From contig OY843592.1 of the NCBI GenBank assembly GCA_963692865.2, positions 3,040,001 to 3,104,000 on the forward strand: a stretch of DNA of 64,000 nt. Direction: 5' to 3'. The stretch comes from a bacterium. Lineage in GTDB: Bacteria > UBA8248. Shown piece after piece: positions 9,979 to 18,918 of the stretch (its first letter is position 1; each line of letters begins with the position of its first letter). Both the position numbers and the translations under genes were made by a program. Under the pieces are notes generated by a model. The model saw only the letters and a program-made list of their open reading frames with translations. It made no database searches and was not told the origin of the DNA.

Positions 9979-10593
9979 CTAGTGCATGGGTGAAAACGAA
10001 GAGGGCACCCAAATTTCCGAATTCTGCGAATCCAGGAACGGGCGCGAACCCGGAGGCCAGTTCGGCAACTCGTGCGCTTTCTTGCGAATCTCGGCGCGGT
10101 GGTTCATGTCCTCATACGCCCAGACGTGAATCCACTGGTTGAGCGGCCCCACGTCGGTCATGAAGAGCGCCGCCAGCGGGGAGAGCTCTTCCCGCGCGGC
10201 GATGTGCTCTGTCCAGCGGCTCAGGACTTCTCCCGTCTTGCCGGGCTGCACGGTGTAGGTTCTGAACTCGTATACGCCGCCATACTGTCCAAGGCGCGGT
10301 TCGGGCCGGAACGGGGGAGCCGTCATGACCTTGCTCTCCTGATCGAGAATGAGATGCCCGTTGGGCGGCGGCCACCAGTCCATCGACATCGTTTTCGCGC
10401 GCACCTCGGCGCGGTGATCCATGCTCTCGTACTGCCAGATATGCCTGATGCGGTTCAGGTCCCCGACCTCGGTATGAAAAAATCCCATGATCGGAGAAAC
10501 TTCGTTCCTCTTGTCGATGACTTTGGCAAAATTCTCCTCGAACTCGGCCACGCCGCCGACGGTCAGCCGATAAGTGCGCATCTCGTATATCAT
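9979..10593 (-). CDS. NIPSNAP family protein (two domains)
   Basis: Duplicated YE.RTY...G.LN...H.W.YE.M.HRAE.R; ends FSPMH. Confidence 0.9.
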   Translation of the reverse strand: MIYEMRTYRLTVGGVAEFEENFAKVIDKRNEVSPIMGFFHTEVGDLNRIRHIWQYESMDHRAEVRAKTMSMDWWPPPNGHLILDQESKVMTAPPFRPEPRLGQYGGVYEFRTYTVQPGKTGEVLSRWTEHIAAREELSPLAALFMTDVGPLNQWIHVWAYEDMNHRAEIRKKAHELPNWPPGSRPFLDSQNSEIWVPSSFSPMH

Positions 10594-10639
10594 GGAAATT
10601 CTCCTCACAGATGTTTTCAGAAAAAGGATTTATTCGAAG

Positions 10640-11185
10640 TGTAGGCCTAAGCGTGCAGGCGGGCAAGGACGCGAGGGCTTTATTCGCCCAGGCAGGCTTC
10701 AGAGTAACCCCCCAACCCCCCTGCTCAGGGGGGCTTTTCCTCCACCCCTCGTCGGGGGGTATCGCCTTTACCCCCCTGACAAGGGGGGGCAGGGGGGGTG
10801 CTTTTCCAGTCGAGAAGGGCGCCCCCTCTACCCCCGGAAAGGGGTCTTTTTCAACAACCCCATATACACGACCTGCATATCGAATGGGGAGGGCCGCATG
10901 TATGCGTCCCCTATGGGAACATCCCTTTGAGAGATCACAATGCCCGTCATTCCGGCGTATGCCGGAATCCAGGGACTTTGTCTTTGCTCTTTGCCTTTTC
11001 CCATCCGACCGGTGAGAACGCAAAAGACCGGAGCACTTTGATCCTCATCGGCCCTGGATTCCGGCCTTCGCCGGAATGACGAACAAAACCGCACCGCCTC
11101 GCAGGGACACGACCTGTCCCTACCACCTCGCAAACGCAGAATGTCGGGGTTCCGTAGGGGCCGTATATAAGCAGTCCATGACGGG
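10640..11185. repeat. Cluster of REP-like palindromes from several families
   Basis: CCCCCTGCTCAGGGGG and CCCCCTGACAAGGGGG hairpins; inverted pair CGTCATTCCGGCGTATGCCGGAATCCAG...CTGGATTCCGGCCTTCGCCGGAATGACG; GTAG/CTAC hairpins; TTTTTCAACAACCCC. Confidence 0.85.
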
Positions 11186-11202
11186 CGACGAAAAAAGCCT
11201 CC

Positions 11203-11907
11203 CTATTCGCCCAAGTAGGCCTCGCGGACGGCGGGCGAATCGCGCAGGACGTCCGGCCTGTCGCCCATGACGATCCGCCCCGTCTCCATCACGTAGGCCC
11301 AGTCCGAGAAATTGAGCGCCAGATGCGCGTTTTGCTCGACGAGGAAAATGCCCGTCCCCTCGTCTCGGATTCTCGCCAGCACCTCGAAGATGGTCTCGAT
11401 GATCCGGGGCGCGAGGCCGAGGGAGGGTTCATCGAGCAGGAGGAGTCTGGGCCTCGACATCAGGGCGCGCGCGATGGCCAGCATCTGCTGCTCCCCGCCC
11501 GAGAGCGTGCCGCCCCTCTGGCCGCGCCGCTCGTGCAACACGGGAAACAGGGAGCAGACGTAATCCAGATCGTCTTTCACGCCTGCCGCGTCGTTTCTCA
11601 AAAAAGCGCCCATCTCCAGGTTTTCGAGCACGGTCAGGTCCGGGAAGATGCGCCTGCCCTCGGGCACCTGACAGATGCCGCGCCTCACGATCTCATCCGG
11701 CTCCCGTGCGTGAATGGCCTCCCCCTCTAAGAGTATCTCGCCCTGGACGACGGCGTTGACGCCGCATATCGCCATCAAGGTGGAGGATTTCCCCGCCCCG
11801 TTGCTGCCGATGAGGCAGACGACCTGCCCCGAGCGCACTTCCATCGACACGCCCTGGAGCGCGTGGATGTGGCCGTAGTAGAAATGAACCTCCCTCAGTT
11901 CAAGCAT
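11203..11907 (-). CDS. livF: Branched-chain amino acid ABC transporter ATPase
   Basis: GSNGAGKS, VPEGRRIF, LSGGEQQMLAIARALM, LDEPSLGLAP. Confidence 0.93.
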   Translation of the reverse strand: MLELREVHFYYGHIHALQGVSMEVRSGQVVCLIGSNGAGKSSTLMAICGVNAVVQGEILLEGEAIHAREPDEIVRRGICQVPEGRRIFPDLTVLENLEMGAFLRNDAAGVKDDLDYVCSLFPVLHERRGQRGGTLSGGEQQMLAIARALMSRPRLLLLDEPSLGLAPRIIETIFEVLARIRDEGTGIFLVEQNAHLALNFSDWAYVMETGRIVMGDRPDVLRDSPAVREAYLGE

Positions 11908-12676
11908 CGGAAGTCCCCAGATAGGCTTCCAGCACCTTGGGGTCGCGCCGCACCTCGGCGGGGGTTCCGTCCGCAATCTTCTCCCCGTGGTCGAGGACGA
12001 CCACGCGATCCGAGATGCCCATGACCACCTTCATGTCGTGTTCGATCAGCAAAATGGTGACGCCACGATCGCGAATCGCCAGTATCAACTCGTTGAGCAC
12101 GCCCTTCTCGCTCGGGTTCATGCCCGCGGCGGGTTCGTCGAGCAGCAGGAGGCTGGGCTCGCTCGCCAGGGCGCGGGCGATCTCGAGCCTTCTCTGATCC
12201 CCGTAGGAGAGCGCCTCCGCCATGTTTGAGGCGTAGGCGCCGATGCCCGTGAACTCGAGCAGATCCATGGCCTCGGCCACCGCCCGGCGCTCCTCGGCCA
12301 CCATGCCGGGGAGCCTGAATATCGCGCCAATCGGGCCGGCGCGCATCTTGCAGTGCCGGCCCACGAGGACGTTTTCGAGCACCGTCATCCCGCGGAACAG
12401 ACGAATGTTCTGGAACGTGCGCGCGATGCCCCGGCTCGCCACTTCGCTCGGTTTCAAGCCAACGAGGTTTTTGCCCTTGAACACGACGTCGCCCCCGGTG
12501 GGCGCGTGCAGGCCGGTCACCACGTTGAAGGCGGTCGTCTTGCCCGCGCCGTTCGGGCCGATGAGCCCGAGCACCTCGCCCTCGTGCAATATCAGGTCCA
12601 GAGAATCGAGCGCCACCACGCCGCCGAAGCGCCGCGTGAGATTTTTCAGCAACAAAAGACGAACCTTAGCGTTCAT
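11900..12676 (-). CDS. livG: Branched-chain amino acid ABC transporter ATPase
   Basis: GPNGAGKT, ARTFQNIRLF, LSYGDQRRLEIARALA, LDEPAAGMN; ATG at 12676. Confidence 0.93.
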   Translation of the reverse strand: MNAKVRLLLLKNLTRRFGGVVALDSLDLILHEGEVLGLIGPNGAGKTTAFNVVTGLHAPTGGDVVFKGKNLVGLKPSEVASRGIARTFQNIRLFRGMTVLENVLVGRHCKMRAGPIGAIFRLPGMVAEERRAVAEAMDLLEFTGIGAYASNMAEALSYGDQRRLEIARALASEPSLLLLDEPAAGMNPSEKGVLNELILAIRDRGVTILLIEHDMKVVMGISDRVVVLDHGEKIADGTPAEVRRDPKVLEAYLGTSDA

Positions 12677-13854
12677 TTCCCCGCCCCCGTCTCTTTTGGC
12701 GATTCGCCTCGTTCGAGATGGTGACGCCGGCCCTTGGCCTGCAGGAGTCCCTGGGGTCTCAGCACCATCATGAGCACCATGGCGCCCCCCAGAAGCATGG
12801 GCCGGAACAGCGTGAGTTCCCGGAGCGCCTCGGGCAGCACGGTGAGGATGAACGCGCCCAGCATGACGCCCGGAATGCTCGCCATGCCGCCCAGCACCAC
12901 CATGCACAGGATGATGACGGACTCAAAAAACGTAAAACTCTCCGGCGAGATGAACGTCTGCTTCGCGGAGAAGACGACGCCCCCGAACCCCGCCCAGGCG
13001 GCGCCGAAGGCGAAGGCGGAGAGCTTCGTGTAGACGATGTTGACGCCCACGCACTCGGCCACCGTCTCGTCCTCGCGCATGGCCGCCCAGGCGCGGCCCA
13101 GGCGGCTCTTGTCGAGCCGGTTCACGATGAAGATGGTGATGACGCACAAGACGAGAACGAGGTAGTAGAAGTGCATGGGCTTGTAGAGGCGCATCTCGCC
13201 CAGGTAGGGGCGTCCGATGCCCAGGATGCCGTTCGGGCCCTGGGTCACGTTGTCCCAGTTGTTCAAGACCAGGCGGATGATCTCGCCGAAGCCGAGCGTG
13301 ACGATGGCGAGATAATCGCCCCGGAGCCGCAGGACGGGAACGCCCAGAATGACTCCGAACAGGGCGGAGCAGGCCACGCCGACGCCCAAGGCCGGCCAGA
13401 AGGAAAGCCCGTACCAGCTGTTCAGAAGAGCGTAGGAATACGCCCCCACGGCGTAGAAGGCCACGTAGCCCAGATCCAGGAGGCCAGCGAAGCCGACCAC
13501 CACGTTCAGCCCAAGCGCCAGCATGATGTAGATGCCCGTGATGACGAGCACATCGGTGGAGTAGCGGTCGAGCGTCCAGGGGAGCGCGATGATGAGGAGC
13601 AGGAACAGGCTCCAGTAGCGCTTGTCGTAGGATTTCTCCTCGATGAAGCCCCAGGCGGACGTGAAACCGCTCTTGATGCGCTCCGCAGGCTCCGCCAGAG
13701 CGCCGGACTGCACGCTCGCCCGCGCCGCGCTGACCACGAAGACGACGGCGGCGCAGCCCAGCCCTATCCAGAGGCTGTTCTTCCATCCCGCGAGCGGCAG
13801 CGCCAGAAAGGCGAACCACATGCCGATGAGCGGGACTCTCGCGTATGCGCTCAT
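12673..13854 (-). CDS. livM: Branched-chain amino acid ABC permease
   Basis: GLLDLGYVAFYAVGAY and LRLRGDYLAIVTLGFGEI. Confidence 0.93.
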   Translation of the reverse strand: MSAYARVPLIGMWFAFLALPLAGWKNSLWIGLGCAAVVFVVSAARASVQSGALAEPAERIKSGFTSAWGFIEEKSYDKRYWSLFLLLIIALPWTLDRYSTDVLVITGIYIMLALGLNVVVGFAGLLDLGYVAFYAVGAYSYALLNSWYGLSFWPALGVGVACSALFGVILGVPVLRLRGDYLAIVTLGFGEIIRLVLNNWDNVTQGPNGILGIGRPYLGEMRLYKPMHFYYLVLVLCVITIFIVNRLDKSRLGRAWAAMREDETVAECVGVNIVYTKLSAFAFGAAWAGFGGVVFSAKQTFISPESFTFFESVIILCMVVLGGMASIPGVMLGAFILTVLPEALRELTLFRPMLLGGAMVLMMVLRPQGLLQAKGRRHHLERGESPKETGAGK

Positions 13855-14756
13855 GTTCTGTCCGCCTCGCCGGAGCCGCCCAGGATTCCCTCGGGCCGGA
13901 AAATGAGGACGACGACCAGCACCATGAAGGCGAAGACGTCCTTATAGACGGCGGAGACGTATCCCGCCCAGAAACTCTCCAGAAGCGCCAGCAGAAAACC
14001 GCCCAGGAACGCTCCCGTGACGTTGCCGATGCCGCCCAGCACGGCGGCGGTGAACGCCTTCATACCCGCCACGAAGCCGATGTGGTGGTTCACGATGCCG
14101 TAGTACATCCCCACCATCACGCCGGCCACGGCGGCCAGCACGGAGCCGATGGCGAACGTGACCGCGATCACCCGGTTCACGTTCACGCCGACGAGCGAGG
14201 CCATCGTCCTGTCCTGCGCGGTGGCGCGCATGGCCTTGCCGAGCTTCGTCTTCTTGATGAAAAGCTGAAGAGCGGCCATGAGGCCCAGCGCCAGAATGAG
14301 GATGAAAATCTGGAGGCCGTTCACGTAGGCGCCGAAAAGCTGGAAGCTCCCGAGTTCGAGGAGATTGGGAAACGCCTTGTCCCGCGCTCCCTGCACCACC
14401 TGCACGTAGTTCTGGAGAAAGAGGCTCATGCCTATCGCGCTGATGAGCGGGGAGAGCCTCGGCGCGTTTCGCAGCGGGCGGTAGGCCACGCGCTCCAGGG
14501 TGATTCCATACGCGGCGCAGTAGACCATCGGGATGAGGAAGACGAGAACGATGCTCAGCGCCAGGCTCGTCTGCGTCAGGCCCATCGTCCCCAGCACCGC
14601 AAGGACGGCGATGCCCACGTACGCGCCTATCATGTAGATTTCGCCGTGGGCGAAATTGATGAGCTGCAAGATGCCGTAGACGAGCGTATAGCCCAGGGCG
14701 ATCAGGGCGTATACCGCGCCCACGACGAGTCCGTTCACCAACTGTTGCGCAAACAT
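13851..14756 (-). CDS. livH: Branched-chain amino acid ABC permease
   Basis: YALIALGYTLVYG..INFAHGE and KAFTAAVLGGIG. Confidence 0.93.
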   Translation of the reverse strand: MFAQQLVNGLVVGAVYALIALGYTLVYGILQLINFAHGEIYMIGAYVGIAVLAVLGTMGLTQTSLALSIVLVFLIPMVYCAAYGITLERVAYRPLRNAPRLSPLISAIGMSLFLQNYVQVVQGARDKAFPNLLELGSFQLFGAYVNGLQIFILILALGLMAALQLFIKKTKLGKAMRATAQDRTMASLVGVNVNRVIAVTFAIGSVLAAVAGVMVGMYYGIVNHHIGFVAGMKAFTAAVLGGIGNVTGAFLGGFLLALLESFWAGYVSAVYKDVFAFMVLVVVLIFRPEGILGGSGEADRT

Positions 14757-14859
14757 AGAAAAATCTTTACACGATCACGAGGCAAAAAAGAAGGGGAGGC
14801 TTTCGGGGGTGTTGCCTCCCCCCGAAAACAAATGAATTTCTCAATCGACATACGCTTTT

Positions 14860-15450
14860 GAAGTTCACTCCCCCCTTGAGGGGGAGTCAGTGAGCCGAGG
14901 GCGTAGGCCCGAAAGCGAACCGGTGGGGGGCGCTCTCGTTTTGTGTGGAATTTCGTCCCAAAAATCATACCCCCCCGCCGCCTCAAGGGGCTGTTGAAAA
15001 AGCCGGAGAGAGACAATTTGTTTGTAGGTCAGACATATATGTCTGACATATCATGCGACCCTGATTTTCGCCTCCACAAGGCGGGCCGCATGATATGCGG
15101 CCCCTACAAAAACCGTTCCTCCCCGGTCAGGTGAAACATTCGTTCATCAGGACTTTTTCAACAACCCCCTCAAGTGGGGAGTGTTTGGTCGGCGCTCTTA
15201 TAAAGGGAGAGTTATTCCTCCGCCCGCCTTGATCGTCACTCCGGCTTTCGCCGGAATGACGGCGGGGGCAAACCCCTCGGAGAGGAAAGCGGGCTCATCG
15301 GATGGCCCTGCGCAGATCGTGATGATTCTGTAGTGACCCGTCCTGATGGAGGCCTTTGCCCCGATGAAGACGAAGGACAACCACGGGGGGTTGTCCCTAC
15401 AAACCCTCTACCTGGATGGCCCTTGCCGGGTTTTTCAACAACCCCTTCCG
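14860..15450. repeat. REP/MITE cluster inside the liv operon
   Basis: CTCCCCCCTTGAGGGGGAG palindrome, a MITE, GTCACTCCGGCTTTCGCCGGAATGACG and GGACAACCACGGGGGGTTGTCCCTAC. Confidence 0.85.
14987..15168. mobile_element. MITE with GGGGCTGTTGAAAAAG / CTTTTTCAACAACCCC termini
   Basis: 16-bp imperfect terminal inverted repeats, CTCAA on both flanks, and a related copy at about 26561-26760. Confidence 0.75.
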
Positions 15451-15486
15451 CCTCCCCTCCCATGATTCAGCATGGCGATGCGCGCC

Positions 15487-16611
15487 CTAGTTGATCTGGA
15501 CGAATTTCGCCCCCTTCACCCGCCAGAGCACGTAGGGGCTCTCCAGGACGTCTCCTTTCTTGTTGAACTGGAGTTTGCCCAAAGACGTGTTCCAGGCCTT
15601 GCTGCGCAGGTGCGCCGCCAGCTTGGACCCCTTGGCGCCGCCCGTGGCCTGGATCGAGCTCAGAATCATGTTCATGGCCACGTAGCTGTAAATGGTGTAG
15701 GCGCCCACTTCCTTGCCGAAACGCTTGCGGTGTTTCTTGATGACGTTCTGGGCCGCCGCGATTTTCGTCTGATCCGGCGTGAACGTTATCAAGGTGCCCT
15801 CGGCGGCCTTGCCGGCGATCTTGTAGTACTCGTCCGTGACGATGCCGTCGCCGCTCATGAAGAGCGCCTTCATGCCGAGGCGCTCGCGCATCTGCTTCAC
15901 CAGCAGGATGGCCTCGGGGTGGATGCCGCCGAAATAGACGAGTTCGGGGTTTTTCTGTTTCGCGGCCGTAAGCACGGGCGTGTAGTCCTTGTCCCCCTGC
16001 ACGACGCCGCTGTAGAAGACGGCCTTGACCCCTCTTTTCTCCAGGAACCGCTTGGTCTCGTCGGCGAGGCCCTGGCCGTAGGTGGTCTTGTCGTGGAGGA
16101 TGGCGACCCGCTTTAGCTTGAGCGTGTCCACGATGTAGTTCGCCGCCACTTCGCCTTGCTGATCGTCGCGGCCGCAGACGCGGAACACCGTCGAGAAGCC
16201 CTGCTCGGTGAGCTTGGGGTTCGTGGACGCCGGCGTGATCTGGACGACGCCCGCCTCCGCGTACACGGTGGACGCCGGAATGGAGACCGAACTGTTGAAA
16301 TGGCCGACGATGCCTGCGGCGCCCGAGTTCACGAACTTGTGCGCGATCGACACCCCTTCCCTGGGGTCGTGGCGGTCGTCGCCCCAGAGGATGTCCACCT
16401 TCATCTTCTTGCCGCCGACGCTCACGCCGCCCTTGGCGTTCCATTCCTCGACGGCGATCGTTGCGCCGTTTTTCAGCATTTCGCCGAACGCCGCCTGATC
16501 GCCCGTGAGCGGACCGGCCACGCCGATCTTGATCGTCGCGGCGTGCGCGGCCGAACCCAGGAAGGCGGCGGCTGTGAGAATGGTCAGGGCATGGAATATC
16601 CTGCTGCGCAT
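15487..16611 (-). CDS. livK: Branched-chain amino acid ABC substrate-binding protein
   Basis: Signal peptide ending AHA; IKIGVAGPLTG, VGHFNSSVSIPAS, TPASTNP, FRVCGRDDQQG, HDKTTYGQGLA. Confidence 0.92.
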   Translation of the reverse strand: MRSRIFHALTILTAAAFLGSAAHAATIKIGVAGPLTGDQAAFGEMLKNGATIAVEEWNAKGGVSVGGKKMKVDILWGDDRHDPREGVSIAHKFVNSGAAGIVGHFNSSVSIPASTVYAEAGVVQITPASTNPKLTEQGFSTVFRVCGRDDQQGEVAANYIVDTLKLKRVAILHDKTTYGQGLADETKRFLEKRGVKAVFYSGVVQGDKDYTPVLTAAKQKNPELVYFGGIHPEAILLVKQMRERLGMKALFMSGDGIVTDEYYKIAGKAAEGTLITFTPDQTKIAAAQNVIKKHRKRFGKEVGAYTIYSYVAMNMILSSIQATGGAKGSKLAAHLRSKAWNTSLGKLQFNKKGDVLESPYVLWRVKGAKFVQIN

Positions 16612-16779
16612 GGGGTTCCTCCTTCAGGTGATTGGAATTCCTGGAAACCGGGCGGGCCGCACGGCCCGTCATCGCGCCGTCATGCGACCCCGCGACGAGG
16701 CCGTGAGAAACAAGGTCATGTCAAGAATACCCTATTTCGGTTCGGCGGCAAAAGTTTTTTTGGGGAGACTTCGCGGACG

Positions 16780-16980
16780 GCCGGTTGAAAAAGCCCCGCA
16801 GCGACCCCTGCAAACCGCCAACGCCTCTTTCTTCATCCTGAGTAGCCGCCGAAGGTCAAACGCGAGTGAGGAGGGGGGTTGGTTTTGCGGCGTCGGCCCC
16901 TACGGAATCATCCCGTCGCCGACCGGGTAGCGGAACAACCACTCCCCCCTTGAGGGGGCTGCTGAAAACCCCGGCTTCGG
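16780..16980. repeat. REP/MITE fragments
   Basis: GTTGAAAAAGCCCCGCA..., CATCCTGAGTAGCCGCCGAAGG, CACTCCCCCCTTGAGGGGGCTGCTGAAAA; similar to 29075-29170. Confidence 0.7.
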
Positions 16981-17697
16981 CGGCGGGCGGCATGGAGGCT
17001 CACGCGGCGGAGAGGAAGCCCGCGCCGGGTCTTCGCCGCGCCTTCCTGCGGGCGGTTTGCGCGGAAATGCGGGGAGAGCCGCGCAATTCATCGCAGATGC
17101 GGGCAAATGCGGGGCGCAAAGAAAATTTTGCGGCCGTATCTGAGCCGCCCGCGCTCAGATATATGAAACAAGTCTTTTCATTACAATAAGTTGCGATATT
17201 TTCCCGCTTTCGTTTTTTATCGAAAAACCCCGTGAATTTATACAATTTTATCCAATTTCCCGGTATTTTACCGAAATTCCCGGCGCACCCCTCGCGCTCC
17301 GTCCCCGAGCGCGAAAGAGCGGTCCCGACCGCCATGAGAAGAGCCGCCGTCTTCACTCCCGCCGCATCACTGAATCCCATGAGAAAACCTCCGCGTCTTT
17401 CGGCTCCATTCCGAACCAAGCGGGAAAACCGCTTCCCCGCGACGCGCGCACGATAGCGCAGGACGGGATTGGGGGAGGAAGAGGAATTGCGGGGAAATGC
17501 GTAGCCGGGCGCAATTCGGGCGTTTCCCGAAAAAAGCGGTAAATCGCCGACCGGACGCGGACGCAATGCCGGGCGAAACGGGGGGTTTTCCCGAACAAAA
17601 AAGAGACGATGGTTTTGCAGGGGCCGTTCGCGAACGGCCCTCCCGAAAAAAACGAGCGCTTCACGAAGCGCCCCTACGGTCGCCATTCAGATTCGAT

Positions 17698-18863
17698 GTA
17701 GGGGTCGCATATCATGCGACCCGTATTGTGAAGACGAAAAGGCAGGGCCGCATAGTATGCGACCCCTACAATGCCATCGCGTTTTGCGTAGCAGGACAGG
17801 CGCGGTGGCCTGTGGGACAGCCCCGAGGAGAGGCCGGCGCTACGGGAGCATCACGTCGCCGACCGGGGATACATGGACTTTTTCAACAGCCCCTCATCGG
17901 TCGGAATCGATCACCGGCGTCATTCCGGCGAAAGCCGGAATCCATTTTCAAGCAAAATGACAATACGTCGGCTTTTCATCTCCCCGTCCTTGGCGCGAAT
18001 CAATCAGAAAATAAAAAAACAAGGCGAAACAAATGGATTCCGTCGAACCCTCATTCATCAATCGGGTTCGACCTCCCTCCCCGGTCGGCTCCGACGCCGG
18101 AATGACGGCGGTGTGATCCGGTTCAACGGATGCGAGGGGGTGCAGGGATCGCATATATGGGGCTGTTGAAAAAGCCCCCTCAAGGGGGGAGGTTCTTCTG
18201 CGCGTGTACCGAAGGGGCCGCATCCCTCTCTCTTTGATCTGAAACGACCCCCGTAGGGGTCGCATATCATGCGACCCGTATTGTGAAGACGAAAAGGCAG
18301 GGCCGCATAGTATGCGACCCCTACAATGCCATCGCGTTTTGCGTAGCAGGACAGGCGCGGTGGCCTGTGGGACAGCCCCGAGGAGAGGCCGGCGCTACGG
18401 GAGCATCACGTCGCCGACCGGGGATACATGGACTTTTTCAACAGCCCCTCATCGGTCGGAATCGATCACCGGCGTCATTCCGGCGAAAGCCGGAATCCAT
18501 TTTCAAGCAAAATGACAATACGTCGGCTTTTCATCTCCCCGTCCTTGGCGCGAATCAATCAGAAAATAAAAAAACAAGGCGAAACAAATGGATTCCGTCG
18601 AACCCTCATTCATCAATCGGGTTCGACCTCCCTCCCCGGTCGGCTCCGACGCCGGAATGACGGCGGTGTGATCCGGTTCAACGGATGCGAGGGGGTGCAG
18701 GGATCGCATATATGGGGCTGTTGAAAAAGCCCCCTCAAGGGGGGAGGTTCTTCTGCGCGTGTACCGAAGGGGCCGCATCCCTCTCTCTTTGATCTGAAAC
18801 GACCCCCGTAGGGGTCGCATATCATGCGACCCGTATTGTGAAGACGAAAAGGCAGGGCCGCAT
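17698..18863. repeat. 555-bp direct tandem duplication of a REP/MITE-rich block (2 copies plus 56 bp)
   Basis: GTAGGGGTCGCATATCATGCGACCCGTATTG begins at 17698, 18253 and 18808; ORF-track translations of the two copies are identical. Confidence 0.95.
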
Positions 18864-18918
18864 GATATGCGGCCCCTACGGTCGGATCCCCCGGCTGCTG
18901 CGGAATATCCCCGCCCCC

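Noticed and set aside
17230-17260. Replication origin (DnaA boxes)
   Set aside because: Only degenerate TTATCCAA/TTATACAA; no box cluster and no dnaA context.
17497-18825. Short ORFs inside repeat clusters (also 10574-11133, 14735-15463, 29096-30186, 35909-36351)
   Set aside because: They translate the repeats themselves (GLFQQP, SFRRKPES, GRMICGPY) and lack RBS or domain support.
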